DNA from: Eledone cirrhosa
Taxonomy: Eukaryota
DNA: 64,000 bases
Direction: 5' to 3'
Assembly (NCBI GenBank): GCA_964016885.1
Contig: OZ024764.1
Coordinates: 12,648,001-12,712,000, forward strand
Below are positions 1-17,884 of this stretch, in pieces. Within the stretch, counting starts at the first letter, position 1. Each line of letters begins with the position of its first letter. The notes under the pieces were generated by a model that worked only from the letters and a program-made list of their open reading frames with translations, was not told the DNA's origin and ran no database searches. A program made the translations under genes and the position numbers.

Positions 1-305
1 TACACTGAGGATGAAGAACTGAGAGCTGTACGGGAGCCTCCCAAAAGCAGCTCAAAAGTGACACAGAGGAGACTGGGGTTAGCTGGACATGCTCACCGAC
101 ATCCAGAGTTGACATTGCACTCAGTGCTCCTGTGGGAGCCCCTACATGGACACACTGGAAGAGGAAGACCGAGGTTAACGTATGTTCATGCCCTAAGGAC
201 AGACACTGGTCTGTTGGAGACACAGGACATGGGAGCGATAATGAGGGACAGAGACCGCTGGTGAGAACTCGTCCATGGATCTCGGGAATTTTACCCGTCC
301 AAGAT
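1..305 (+). mobile_element. RTE-clade LINE (family RTE-1) 3' end, running off the window start
   Basis: Translation [15 protein letters not shown]...GRGRPRLTYV..L..DTG...MRDRDRW is a typical RTE ORF C-terminus; near-identical to 5274-5620 and 44429-44724; premature TGA at about 262. Confidence 0.85.
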
Positions 306-841
306 ATATATTTGTATGCATGCCACACATTTATATACACACACATGTATATACAAATACACACACATATATATATATATACACACACATTATATAAACA
401 CATCTATATACAAACTCATACGCAAAAAAAAAAATATATATATGTATATACACATATATATACCCAAACGTTATATAAACACACGTATATACAAACACAC
501 ACACACATATATATATTTATATACATACACACATACATATAGCCACACATTATATAAACACATGTATATAAAAACACATACACACACATATATATATACA
601 CGCACACATATATAGCCATATATATAGCTACACATTATATAAACACATGTATACATAAACACATACATACATGCATATATATATATATACACATATATGT
701 ATACCCGCACTTTATATAAACACATGTATATAGAAACACACGCACACACACATATATAATCACACACACATACATATACACACACACCTATATATATAGC
801 CACCATATATAAACACATATATATATATATACACACACAGA

Positions 842-879
<38 letters not shown>

Positions 880-1128
880 CACATATATATACAGATATAT
901 ATATAGCCACACCTTATATAAACACACGTATATACACCACACACACATATATATATATATATATAGCCACACCTTATATAAACACACATATATATATATA
1001 TACACACACATACACATATATATATATATATATAGCCACAACTTATATAAACACACATATATATATATACACACATATATATATACACACATACATATAT
1101 ATAAACACACATACATATATATAAACAC

Positions 1129-1161
<33 letters not shown>

Positions 1162-1163
1162 CA
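306..1163. repeat. Compound (TA)n/(CA)n microsatellite with a recurring 'tagccacacattatataaacac' unit
   Basis: Direct reading. Confidence 0.9.
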
Positions 1164-1403
1164 AAAATGTAGATAAACATACATACCATCCCTTGTTTAT
1201 AGAAAGAAAGTGACAAGGGGTTTGATGGTGGCAAGACCCCTAAAAGCCTATTCTGACCTCTGACCTTTGACCTCTATATCAGCATGTGACCCCCACCTCT
1301 TATATGTAGCCTCTCCTGACATGACCACCACTACCTTCCTACATTCCCTGATATGCCACACAATGTGATGTGAGCCACATGTATGGCTTTTGTCATCTCT
1401 GCA

Positions 1404-1436
<33 letters not shown>

Positions 1437-1661
1437 TTGTGTGTATGTATGTGAATGTGTGTGTATATATATATATGTATATGTGTGTGTGTGTGTGTGT
1501 GTGTATGTGTGTAAATATATATATGTGTGTGTGTATGTGAATGTGTGTGTATATATATATATATGTATATGTGTGTGTGTGTGTGTGTGTATGTGTGTGT
1601 GTATATATATATATATATATTTGTGTGTATGTATGTGTATGTGTGTAAATATATATATATA

Positions 1662-1710
<49 letters not shown>

Positions 1711-1773
1711 TTGTGTGTATGTATGTGTATGTGTGTAAATATATATATATATATATATGTGTGTGTGTATGTA

Positions 1774-1806
<33 letters not shown>

Positions 1807-1869
1807 TTGTGTGTATGTATGTGTATGTGTGTAAATATATATATATATATATATATGTGTGTGTATGTA

Positions 1870-1900
<31 letters not shown>

Positions 1901-1921
1901 GTGTGTGTGTATGTATGTGTA

Positions 1922-1952
<31 letters not shown>

Positions 1953-2015
1953 TTGTGTATGTGTATGTGTGTAAATATATATATATATATGTGTGTGTGG
2001 GTGTATGTATGTGTA

Positions 2016-2046
<31 letters not shown>

Positions 2047-2103
2047 TTGTGTGTATGTATGTGAATGTGTGTGTATATATATATATATATGTATGTGTGT
2101 GTA

Positions 2104-2146
<43 letters not shown>

Positions 2147-2172
2147 ATGTATATGTATGTGTATATATATAT
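1404..2172. repeat. (TA)n/(TG)n compound minisatellite
   Basis: Recurring 'atttgtgtgtatgtatgtg' unit between dinucleotide tracts. Confidence 0.9.
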
Positions 2173-2176
2173 ACAA

Positions 2177-2372
2177 ATGAGGTCGTGTAGGTGTCACGAC
2201 AAAAAAAAACACACAGTCCACGCTGTAATGTGGCCGTGGAGGTGCCACGGCAAAAAAAGCACCCAGCACTCACTGTAAATGAGGTTGGTGTTAGGAAGGG
2301 CATCCAGCTGTAGAAATCAAGCCAGAATCAGTTCCCGTCCCACCCTTGCAAGCAGGGAAAAGCAGACGTAAA

Positions 2373-2403
<31 letters not shown>
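2177..2403 (+). mobile_element. Chimeric 3' fragment: RTE-2 3'UTR joined to the SINE-A 3' end with (ATG)n tail
   Basis: 2177-2236 matches 16622-16686; the remainder matches the SINE-A 3' half (aggaagggcatccagctgtagaaa...gacgtaaaatgatgatg). Confidence 0.8.
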
Positions 2404-2404
<1 letters not shown>

Positions 2405-2470
2405 ATATGTACATTGACATCTACACACAGACATATACATATATATATATACACACACAGACATACAGAC

Positions 2471-2503
<33 letters not shown>

Positions 2504-3080
2504 GACATACAGACACATATATATATATATATACACACAGACATACAGACACATATATATATATATATACACACAGACATACAGACATATATATATATAT
2601 ATATATACATACACAGACATACAGACACATATATATATATATATACACACAGACATACAGACATATATATATATATCTCCATATATAGCCACCAGATGTA
2701 TATTTTCAATGCCATTTCTGTTCTACTACAGGACAATGTTAACACAGCTGAGTGTCATCTGTTACATCTGGTCTCTCTCTCTCTCTCTCCTTTCATACCC
2801 CCCTCTCTCTCTCTCTCACGTACACACTCTCTTTTTCTCTCTCTACACACACACACACAGATACACACTCTCCTTCTCACACCCCTCTCTCACGCGTACA
2901 CACACTCTCTCTTTCTCACCCCCCCCCTCTCTCACACACACACCCTCTCTCTCTCTCTCTACACACACACACAGATACACACTCTTTCTCACACACTCTC
3001 TCACACATACACACACTCCCTCTCTTTCTCACACACAGAGACACACACCCTCTCCTTCTTACGGCCATCCATCTCCATCT

Positions 3081-3184
3081 CATGGTCATTTTGGTACCCC
3101 AATAAAAAGCACCCAGTCCACCCTGCTAAGTGGTCATTTTGGTACCCCAATAGAAAGCACCCAGTCCACCCTGCTAAGTGGTCA
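3081..3184 (+). repeat. Tandem duplication of about 49 bp related to the SINE-A/RTE-2 internal unit
   Basis: tggtcattttggtaccccaata.aaagcacccagtccaccctgctaag x2. Confidence 0.75.
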
Positions 3185-3340
3185 AGGCTTTACTTCACAT
3201 AATTATCTCACATGATATCGAATCTATGAGATTTTGATATCATTTATTTTGAGAACAATACCTTAACATCAGTATGAGTGGCCAGTTATGGCCAGTTTGA
3301 AGTGAAAGAGATGAGAGAATTCTGGCTGGATATGGCCGGG
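3181..3340 (+). mobile_element. Fragment of the TTAA-CCC MITE family
   Basis: Aligns by eye with 11600-11755 (atgagattttga...gagaacaataccttaacatcagtatgag...ggatatggc). Confidence 0.7.
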
Positions 3341-3398
3341 GTGGGGGTGGGGGGTGGGGGGTTAAATGATGATGATGGTGATGATGATGATGAGTGTA

Positions 3399-3431
<33 letters not shown>

Positions 3432-3744
3432 GGTGTCTGTTTATGTCACCACCCACTAAACAGTAACACCACCACCACCACCACCACCACCACCACCACC
3501 ACCATCACTGACACAATAGCATCCACCCTATCTCTATACAACACCCCCACCCCACCACCACCCCACCACACACTTACATGTATTTTCCTTTTGAGAAGGT
3601 CAACTACTTTGTTTTAGGGGGGGGGGGGGAGTTGTAATTGTTTGGTTTATCATATATATATATATATTTGTATATATACACATGTGGGAGTATACAATCT
3701 GTGTGTGGATATATATATGTCTATGTATACATATATAGACATAA

Positions 3745-3775
<31 letters not shown>

Positions 3776-3913
3776 TATATACATAAAAATATATTTATAT
3801 ACACACACAGAGATATATGTACAAATACATACATATATATATATATACACATACATATACATATATACATAAAAATATATTTATATACACACCACACATA
3901 TACACATATGTAC

Positions 3914-3974
<61 letters not shown>

Positions 3975-4026
3975 TATACATACATGCATACATACACAGC
4001 TACAACCTCCCTCATATACAAATAAC

Positions 4027-4068
<42 letters not shown>

Positions 4069-4351
4069 TTCATATATATACACAAGAGCCTCTATAGATA
4101 CAGTGGCTGTGTTTATGGTGAAAACCTTTGATCACATCTGACAGGAACCTTTTGTTAAACAGAGTCCCAGGAGGGGAGGGAGGGCTACCAACAGGGACCA
4201 GGAAAGAGACTGCCAAAATTCCTAAGATTCCCTTCTTAAAAGACCCTTCTATTTTAAATTACCCCCATTTGCTAGCCCTCCTTATACTTTCAACACAATC
4301 TTTGCATCATTTTAAGTGTGTATATATATATATATATATGTATATAAATAT

Positions 4352-4434
<83 letters not shown>

Positions 4435-4442
4435 AATATATA

Positions 4443-5155
<713 letters not shown>

Positions 5156-5236
5156 TATATTATATATATATATATATTTATATATCCATTTATATATATA
5201 TAAATATATATATATATACATACACATACACACACA

Positions 5237-5273
<37 letters not shown>

Positions 5274-5275
<2 letters not shown>

Positions 5276-5620
5276 ACTCTGGATGTCGGTGAGCATGTCC
5301 AGCTAACCTCAGTCTCCTCTGTGTCACTTTCGAGTTGACTTTTGGTAGGCTCCCATACAGCTCTGAGTTCTTCATCCTCAGTGTATACTGATTAATTAAT
5401 GTTCAGAGCCATCCTCAGCATTCTCGTGTAGCACCCATCCACCATCTGAGTGAGTTTCTTGGACACACTGGAAGAGGAAGACTATGGTTAACGTATGTTG
5501 ATGCCCTACGGACAGACACTGGTCTGTTGGAGACGCAGGACATGGCAGCGATAATGAGGGACAGAGACCGCTGGAGAGAACTCGTCCATTGATCTCGGGA
5601 ATTTTACCCACCTTAGATAT
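5274..5620 (+). mobile_element. RTE-1 LINE, 5'-truncated with 5' inversion (5274-5462 on minus, 5460-5620 on plus)
   Basis: Minus part encodes ..[27 protein letters not shown]; plus part continues GHTGRGR.. to the 3' end; about 35 bp missing between them; TGG microhomology at the junction. Confidence 0.85.
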
Positions 5621-5629
5621 GTGGTGTTA

Positions 5630-5874
5630 GGTAATTCCGAGGGAGAAACAAAGGAAAATAGAGTGCTCTATGTATAGAACAGAGCTATTTAATTAGAAAG
5701 TGAACAACACAAAATATAACTACTGCATTACCAAAGGTTTCTGGACCTCAGAAAATATTAATATACACCTGGATTGGTCATCAGACAGATCCAGACGACC
5801 GATTCAGACGTATATTAATATTGTCTGAGGTCCAGAAACCTTTGGTAATAGAGTAGTTATATTTTGTGTTGTTC
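5630..5874. mobile_element. Fold-back Penelope-like terminal remnant with degenerate hammerhead-like motif
   Basis: Imperfect IR 5702-5784/5792-5874; minus-strand CTGATGA...GAAACCTTTGGTA; tail motif agagtgctctatgt..aacagagct shared with 46620-46890. Confidence 0.6.
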
Positions 5875-6220
5875 GTGGCGACTATAGACAACAAGTCTGT
5901 GATTTCCCGCCTTCACTTCACACCGGCGTACATACGGGTCACTTTTACGACCTTTCAGGCCTGTGTTAGTTGGGGACGAGGTCATATATTTTATCGTTCC
6001 TGGGGTTTTTTAACCCTAGGAAAGGAAAATGCTTCTCTGATGATCTTTGTTTTTCCATTAATATCCATGTGATATCTAATGTTTTTCAAAGTGAAACTGT
6101 ACAGTAAGGGCCATTTGAATAGGTAAATATTTATATTATATTTTTTAATTTTGATTAATTTTAATTTTAAATTAATTTTGATTTATTTTGAAAAATTGGT
6201 TGAATTTTACTTGTTCTGCT

Positions 6221-6370
6221 TATCATCTCATTTCTAAAGCTGAATAAACTGGAACAATGTGAAATAAAGTGTCTTGCTCAAGGAAACAACACATCACTCG
6301 GTCTCAGAATTGAACTCACAACCTTTCGATTGCAAGGCCAATGCTCTAACCGCTAAGCCATGTGCCTCCA
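6221..6370 (-). mobile_element. SINE-A 5' half (tRNA head)
   Basis: Matches 4620-4769. Confidence 0.88.
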
Positions 6371-6389
6371 CATATATATATACACACGT

Positions 6390-6435
<46 letters not shown>

Positions 6436-6679
6436 ACACACACACACACACATGGAAAAGCTGCCACATAAAACGATGATGATGATTGTTATATGTAATA
6501 TATATACACACATACATGTAAGATATATATATATGTAATATATGTAATATATATATATATATATACACCCACACATATATATATATACATCCATTCACAT
6601 CTGCATAAAATGCTTCCTGCTCCAGACCAAAACAAACACACCAATTACATTCTCTCTCTCAACAGTCTCCTCTCTCTCC

Positions 6680-9255
<2,576 letters not shown>

Positions 9256-9379
9256 AAAGGAGGGAGAAAAAAAAACCCTTAAAAATATTAGGGGACATGA
9301 AAATAACGGGTTTAGGGAGCATATGGAACAATGTCAGTGGTTTAAGTATAGGGTTTGTGGGTTTAAGTAGGTAAATATC

Positions 9380-10185
9380 TTGGTAGGGGTGGTGGTGGTG
9401 TGGTGTGGTGGTGTGGTGGTAGTGGTGGTGTGGTGTGGTGTGGTGGTGTGGTGTGGTGTGGTGGTGGTGGTGTGGTGGTGTGGTGGTGTGGTGTGGTGTG
9501 GTGGTGTGGTGGTGTGGTGGTGTGGTGGTGTGGTGTGGTGGTGGTAATGGTGGTGGTGTGGTGGTGGTGGTGGTGGTGGTGGTGTGGTGGTGGTGTGGTG
9601 GTAGTGGTGGTGGTGGTGTGGTGGTAGTGGTGGTGGTGTGGTGGTGTGGTAATGGTGGTGGTGGTGGTGGTGGTGGTAGTGGCGGTTACAGTGGTGGTGT
9701 GGTGGTGGTTACAGTGGTGGTGATGATGTGGTGGTGCTGTGGTGGTGGTGGTTGTGGTGATGTTGTGGTTGTGGTAGTGATAGTGGTAGTGGTGGTGTAC
9801 TGGTGGTGGTTGTGGTGTGGTGGTGGTGTAGTGGTGGTAGTGGTGTGATAGTGGTGTGGTGGTGGTAGTGGCGGTTTCAGTGGTGATGATGATGTGGTGG
9901 CGTTGTGGTGGTGGTAGTGGTGTATTGGTGGTGGTGTAGTAGTGGTGGTGATGAGGCGGTGGTGGTAGTGGCAATGGTGGTGGCAGTGGTGGTGGTGGTG
10001 GCAGTGTGGTGTAGTGGTGGTGGTGGTGGTGGTGTAGTAGTGGTGGCAGTGGTGGTGGTGTAGTGGTGGTGGTGGTGGTGGCAGTGGCAGTGGTGGTGGT
10101 GTGGTGTAGTGGTGGTGGTGTAGTGGTGGTGGCGTAGTAGTGGTTATGGTGGCAGTGGTGGTGGTGTAGTAGTGGTGGTGGTGAT
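9380..10185. repeat. Degenerate (GGT)n/(GTGTG)n repeat
   Basis: Direct reading. Confidence 0.9.
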
Positions 10186-10414
10186 CACAGTAGTTTTGTT
10201 GATAGCTGTACTGGTTCAGACCACATTTCTAATAACAGACAGTCTCCATTATGGTTTTCATAATATTTTGAAAATAATCAAGAATTTGGAGGGATTTAGT
10301 AATATAACTAACCTGTGCTTATAGTAGAAACAATTATTAAGTTGGTGTTTGGAACATAACTTAACAAAGGTTCTTCCATAGAATTTAATGGTTGGTATTT
10401 TGATAAATAGAAAT

Positions 10415-11776
10415 GCATTCACAGTGAAGGTTGCATCTCACCTAATATCTCACATATGAGATTTTGATATTATTCATTTTGAGAACAATACCATAACATC
10501 AGTATGAGTGGCCAGTTACAGCCAGTTTAAACAGAAAGTGGTGAGAGAATTCTGGCCAGAAATTACCTCACATAATATCTCACATAACATTTACATTACT
10601 CTATATATACTATTGTATTTTCACAGTAAAGGCTTTACCTCACATAACATTTATATTACTCTATATATACTATTGTATTTTCACAGTAAAGGCTTTACCT
10701 TACATAATATCTCTCATAATATTTATATTACTCTATATATACTATTGTATTTTCATGGTAAAGCCTTTACCTCACATAATATCTCATATAACATTTACAT
10801 TACTCTATATATACTATTATATTTTCACAGTCAAGGCTTTACCTCACATAATTACCTCACATAACATTTACGTTACTTTATATATACTATTGTATTTTCA
10901 TAGTAAAGGCTTTATCTCACATAATATCTTATATAACATTTACATTACTTTATATATACTATTGTATTTTCATAGTAAAGGCTTTACCTCACATAATACC
11001 TCAGCTAACATTTACATTACTCTATATATACTATTGTATTTTCACAATAAAGGCTTTACCTCACATAATATCCCACATAACATTTACATTACTCTATATA
11101 TACTTTTGTATTTTCACAGTAAAGACTTTACCTCACATAATATCTCACATAACATTTACATTACTCTATATATACTTTTGTATTGTCACAGTAAAGACTT
11201 TACCTCACATAATATCTCACATAACATTTATATTACTCTATATATACTATTGTATTTTCACAGTAAAGGCTTTACCTCACATAACATTTACATTACTCTA
11301 TATATACTATTGTATTTTCACAGTAAAGGCTTTACCTCACATAACATTTACATTACTCTATATATACTATTGTATTGTCACAGTAAAGCCTTTACTTCAT
11401 ATAATATCTCACATAACATTTACATTACTCTATATATACTATTGTATTGTCACAGTAAAGGCTTTACCTCACATAATATCTCACATAACATTTACATTAC
11501 TCTATATATACTATTGTATTTTCACAGTAAAAGCTTTACCTCACATAATATCTCACATAACATTTACATTACTCTATATATACTATTGTATTTTCATGGT
11601 AAGGGTTTCATCTCACTCAATACCTCACATAATACCAAATCTATGAGATTTTAACATTATATATTTTGAGAGCAATACCTTAACATCAGTATGAGCAGCC
11701 AATTATGGCCCGTTTGAACAGAAAGAGTTAAGAAAATTCAGGCCGGATATGGCAGGTTTAAATGCGAAAGGGTTAA
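10415..11776 (+). mobile_element. MITE ending AATGCGAAAGGG-TTAA (piggyBac-like) with an internal 72-bp tandem array
   Basis: GGG followed by TTAA at 11770-11776 fits the piggyBac terminus signature; second copy at 21910-22556. Confidence 0.65.
10568..11632 (+). repeat. 72-bp (variant 60-bp) minisatellite, about 15 copies
   Basis: Unit cacataatatctcacataacatttacattactctatatatactattgtattttcacagtaaaggctttacct. Confidence 0.95.
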
Positions 11777-11979
11777 TTCCTTTGGCCATAGTCTTCAAAT
11801 AATTTTGAACACTCTTAAGAAGATAGAGACAACAGAGAGCCGGTCAAGACAAGCTACCAACTGGACTGACAGTAAAATGGACATCAGATCTAACCACAAT
11901 TTAAGTTGGTGTTAAGACTGTCCAGGCACAATTAATTATGGAATGTGAGAGGGAAGAGATGGATGGAGGAGATGAAGAA

Positions 11980-13348
11980 ATGGTGGTGGTGGTGTGGTGA
12001 AGGTGGTGGTGTGGTGGTGTGGTGGTGGTGGTGTGATGGTGGTGGTGGTGTGATGTGAAGGTGGTGGTGGTGGTGGTGTGATGTAGGTGGTGGTGGTGTG
12101 ATGAAGGTGGTGGTGTGGTGGTGGTGGTGTGATGGTGGTGTGATGTGAAGGTGGTGGTGTGGTGGTGGTGGTGGTGCGATGGTGGAGGTGGTGTGATGGT
12201 GGTGGTTGTGTGATGTAGGTGATGTGGTGGTGGTGGTGTGATGGTGGTGGTGGATTGATGGTGGTAGTGGAGTGATGGTGGTGTGATGTAGGTGGTAGTG
12301 GTGGTGGTGGTGTTGGTAGTGGTGGTAGTGGTGGTTTTGGTGCGATGGAGGTGGTGTGATGGTGGTGGTGGTGTGTGGTGGTGTGATGTGAAGGTGGTAG
12401 TGGTGGTGCAACAGGGGTGGGTGTGTAGATGGTTGGATTAGTGTGTGTGTGTGTGTGTGTGATCACACTGTCCAATGTAATAGCTTATAAAGCCAACAAA
12501 CCCCCCACCCTATGCTACCAGCCCCACCCCTCCATCACATTTTGACCACCAGAACAGAACATCACCCACAATTAAAGCATCTTAAACAGGCAGGACCCCC
12601 CCCCCCCCCCACATTTTGACCACCAGAAAAGAACATCACCCACAATTAAAGCTTCTTAAACAGGCAGACCACCACCATAGCCCCACCCCACCACCACCAT
12701 CACCACAGCCCCACCCCACCTCCACCACCGTCACCACAGCCCCACCCCACCTCCACCAGCCTGTCCACTGCCACACCACCATTACCACAGCACCACCACC
12801 AGCACCACCGCCCCACCACCCCCACTGCCCCACCCCCGCCCACTGCCCCACCACCACCAACCATATTCCAAACCACTTAACTATCACCACTTCCTTTAAA
12901 CTATCTCAATCCTCGCCACCACCGCCACCACAACAACAACTAAAACCCACCACCACTACTACAACAGCAGCAGCAACAAACACAACCACAGCTACCACAA
13001 GGACAACAACTACAACAACCACAATAACCACCACCACTACAACAACAACCACCAACACCACAACTACAACAACAACCACAACCACAATAACCACCACCAC
13101 CACTACCACCACTACCACCACAACAACCAGCACTACCACCACAGCAGCCACCACCACCACAACAACAACCACTACCACCACAACAACTACAACCACCACC
13201 ACCACCACCACCACAACTACAACAACCACCACCACTACCACAACAGCCACCACCACCACAACAGCCACCACTACCACAACAACCAGCACTACCACCACAA
13301 CAGCCACCACTACCACCACCACAACAACCACCACCGCCATCACTACAT
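11980..13348. repeat. (GGT)n then (CCA/CAA)n trinucleotide fields
   Basis: Direct reading. Confidence 0.85.
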
Positions 13349-13859
13349 ATGAACCCCCCCCCCTCTCCTCACTATATCCAAACTACACACACTCCCCTTC
13401 CCCCTCTTTCTCTCTCTCCCTCCCTCTCTCTCTCTACCATAATCCTATACAAGCTTGTCTGTCTGTCTGTCTGTCTGTCCTTCAGGTCTCTCTCTAATAG
13501 TGTCCCCCTCCCCTTCCACTCCCCCTACTCATCCTTGCTGCCACCCCCACCCCCCACAGAAAGCAAGCCACCAATTAGTAAGGGCCTCAGAATGTGTGAC
13601 CCCACCACCACCATCACAGCCCTGCATATCACCCACCTCTCCCCCTGACCTCCCATCGCATACCTGAACCCTCTTGGACATTTTCAGAATCATCACCATC
13701 ACCATCACCACCATCATAATCATCATCATCACCACTAACACCATCACCATCACCACCACCGCCACCATCATTATTATCACAATCACAACCATCACCACAA
13801 CCATCATCACAACCATCACCACCACCACCATCACCACCACCACCACCACCATCACAACC

Positions 13860-15012
13860 ACACAACAACAACACATGCTCACAACAACAACACATGCTCA
13901 CAACAACTACACATGCTCACAACAACCACACATACTCACAACAACCACACATGCTCATAACAACCACCATACTCACAACAATAACACATGTTCACCACAA
14001 CAATACAAGCTCACAACAATAAATACTCACAACAATACAAGCTCACAACAACAACACATGCTCACAACAACCACCATACTCACAACAATAACACATGTTC
14101 ACCACAACCACACAACAACTACACATGCTCGCAACAACCACCATACTCACAACAATAACACATGTTCACCACAACCACACAACAACAACACATGCTCACA
14201 ACAACCACCATACTCACAACAATAACACATGTTCACCACAACCACACAACAACAACACATGCTCACAACAACCACCATACTCACAACAATAACACATGTT
14301 CACCACAACCACACAACAACAACACATGCTCACAACAACCACCATACTCACAACAATAACACATGTTCACCACAACCACACAACAACAACACATGCTCAC
14401 AACAACCACCATACTCACAACAATAACACATGTTCACCACAACCACACATGCTCACAACAACAACACATGCTCACAACAACCACCATACTCACAACAATA
14501 ACACATGTTCACCACAACCACACATGCTCACAACAACAACACATGCTCACAACAACCACCATACTCACAACAATAACACATGTTCACCACAACCACACAA
14601 CAACACATGCTCACAACAACACATGCTCACAACAATACAAGCTCACAACAACAACACATGCCCACAACAATACAACCTCACAACAACCACACATGCTCAC
14701 AACAACTACACATGCTCACAACAACCACCATACTCACAACAATAACACATGTTCACCACAACCACACAACAACACATGCTCACAACAACACATGCTCACA
14801 ACAATACAAGCTCACAACAACAACACATGCCCACAACAATACAACCTCACAACAACCACACATGCTCACAACAACTACACATGCTCACAACAACCACCAT
14901 ACTCACAACAATAACACATGTTCACCACAACCACACAACAACACATGCTCACAACAACAACAATATATGCTCACAACAATACATGCACATAACAACACAT
15001 GCTCACAACAAC
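13860..15012 (+). repeat. 67-bp CAA-rich minisatellite with a 169-bp higher-order unit distally
   Basis: Near-identical ORF starts spaced 67 bp (14095, 14162, 14229, 14296, 14363) and 169 bp (14580, 14749). Confidence 0.9.
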
Positions 15013-16474
15013 AGTATCTAACAACAGCATTGGCTGTCACTTTGTCAACAACACCGTTAGCAACCTTCGTGTCAACACATACTCTCCAGAACAGCTCAGA
15101 CACACACCACCACCACCACCACCACCAGCACAACAACATCACCACGTCCACCACACCTCCACTACTACTACCACACCACCACTACCACAACAGAAACACC
15201 ACCACTACCACAACACAAACAACAACACCGCCACCACAACAACATCACCACTACCACCACACGACCACCACGTCAACAACAACACTACATCAACAGCAAA
15301 CACATGCTCCCACACCAACAACAATAACCACTACTACCACCACCACCAGAACAACACCACCACTACTACTACCACCACCACCACCAGAACAACATCATCA
15401 ACATCAAAAACACAAGCCCCCCCCCCCCCCCCGCCAACAACAACAATAACCAACACCACAACAACACCACCAGAACAATAATTGTCCCCCTCACCCACCC
15501 AGCAACCCCCCACCACCACCACCACCAGAACAACATCAACAACAACACATGTCTCCCCACCCAACAACATCAATAACCAACACCACCACAACCGCCAGAA
15601 CAACAATATGGACTACAACAACACATGCCCCCACGACAAAAGCTGACATCATGATCTGGTCTTTCAAATCATTTCGTTCCAGCCATTGTTATGAGCTGAA
15701 GGAAAAGGTGTTTGATATGAATGTTAAAAACACTGTCGTAGGAGCACAATAGCGCAAACTGTGTACTGGTGAAGTGTGTGGTTGGCTGTGTGTGTACGTG
15801 CGTGTGTGTACATGAGTCTGTCTGTGTGTGTGTGTGTGTAGATCTGTCTGTCTGTATAGATATCTGTGTGTGTGTGTGTAGCTATCTGTATGTAGATCTG
15901 TGTGTGTGTGTGTGTGTGTGTGTGTGGATGTGTTGTGTGTGTGTAGATGTGTGTGTGTATGTTTGTGTGGGGATCTATCTGTGTGTGTGTGGTGTGTATG
16001 TGCGTGTGTATGTATGTTTGCGTGGCGATCTGCCTGTGTGTGTGTGCGTGTGGAAATCTGTCTGTGTGTGTGTGTAGATCTGTGTGTGTGTGGAGGTCTG
16101 TCTGTATGACTGAATGTGTGTGTGTGTGTCTGTGTGTGTGTGAGTGTATTTGTGTGTGTCTGTATGTGTGTGTGAGTGTATTTGTGTGTGTGAGTGTATT
16201 TGTGTGTGTGAGTGTATTTGTGTGTGTGAGTGTGCATGTGTGTGTGTGTGTGTTTCCTTATGAATATATGTGATGGTGTATGTATAGGATATACAATTAA
16301 ACAATGCTTTTGTTTTAACAAGCAGCAGCATCTCATTCTTTCCTTCATATCATATATATATACACACATGTGTCGTGTGTGTATTGATATTATATACAAA
16401 TATACATACATGTAGATATGATACATCAAATGAAATCGTAGTTTACAATATACACAGAAATTGAAGAGAGACTC

Positions 16475-17578
16475 TTGCCTAAGTACGAAGCGAAACCTAC
16501 AGTCAGTAGGCACCTCTTAACCAAAAATACACCGCCATTCACTACCCCTATCCCTACCGCCATCTACACCACCCCTTTCGCTGTAAAGTTATGTTGGTAC
16601 CACAACATCCAGTCCTAAATGAATGAGGTCCTGTAGGTGTCACGACAAAAAAAAAAAACACACAGTCCATGCTGTAATGTGGCCGTGTAGGTAACACGGT
16701 AAAAACCTCCCAGTCCACACTGTAAATGTGGTTGGTGTTAGGAAGGGCATCCAGCCGTAGAAAACCCGCCAGACGTGTAGGTGTCACGACAAAAAAAACA
16801 CACAGTCCACGCTGTAATGTGGCCATGTAGGTAACACAGTAAAAACCTCCCAGTCCCACACTGTAAACGTGGTTGGTGTTAGGAAGGGCATCCAGCCGTA
16901 GAAAACCCGCCAGACGTATAGGTGTCACGACAAAAAAAAACACAGTCCACGCTGTAATGTGGCCGTGTAGGTAACACGGTAAAAACCTCCCAGTCCACAC
17001 TGTAAACGTGGTTGGTGTTAGGAAGGGCATCCAGCCGTAGAAAACCCGCCAGACGTGTAGGTGTCACGACAAAAAAAACACACAGTCCACGCTGTAATGT
17101 GGCCGAGTAGGTAACACGGTAAAAACCTCCCAGTCCCACACTGTAAACGTGGTTGGTGTTGGGAAGGGCACCCAGCCGTAGAAAACCCGCCAGACGTGTA
17201 GGTGTCACGACAAAAAAACACACAGTCCACGCTGTAATGTGACCGTGTAGGTAACACAGTAAAAACCTCCCAGTCCCACACTGTAAACGTGGTTGGTGTT
17301 GGGAAGGGCATCCAGCCGTAGAAAACCCGCCAGACGTGTAGGTGTCACGACAAAAAAACACACAGTCCACGCTGTAATGTGGCCGTGTAGGTAACACAGT
17401 AAAATCCTCCCAGTCCACACTGTAAACGTGGTTGGTGTTGGGAAGGGCATCCAGCCGTAGAAAACCCGCCAGACAGTCCTATACGAGCAAGACAGCCAAT
17501 CTTGCCTCAAGTGGGACAATTCCTGTCTAAACCCATGCTAGTGTGGAAGATGGACGTTAAACGATGATGATGATGATG
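16475..17578 (+). mobile_element. RTE-2 LINE 3'UTR containing about six tandem copies of a 140-144 bp unit
   Basis: Flanks match 27049-27470 (minus); unit gtaggtgtcacgac...ggaagggcatccagccgtagaaaacccgccagac repeated 16633-17474; (GAT)n tail. Confidence 0.85.
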
Positions 17579-17672
17579 ACTGTGTTACACTGTGTGACAC
17601 TGTCTTCTGTAATCAGTAAAGTAATCCATGATACATTAAAAAAAGGGGATATTATATATGAAATGCATATAG

Positions 17673-17846
17673 AATTGTTTCCACTTTTAGGCACAAGGCC
17701 AGCAATTACCCAGTACATTACTGCTACTTTATTTTCAAATCCCGCCGAGGTTGACTTTGCCTTTTATCCTTACAGGGTCGATAAAATAAAGTACCAGTAA
17801 TACACTGGGATAATTGCTGGCCTTGTGCCAAAAGTAGAAACAATTA
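17673..17846. mobile_element. SINE-B 3' half with an inverted second copy of its 3' end
   Basis: 17673-17734 is the approximate reverse complement of 17783-17846; body matches 20445-20557. Confidence 0.8.
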
Positions 17847-17884
17847 TTTTATAGATACATATACACATATTTTTTTTTTTTTTT

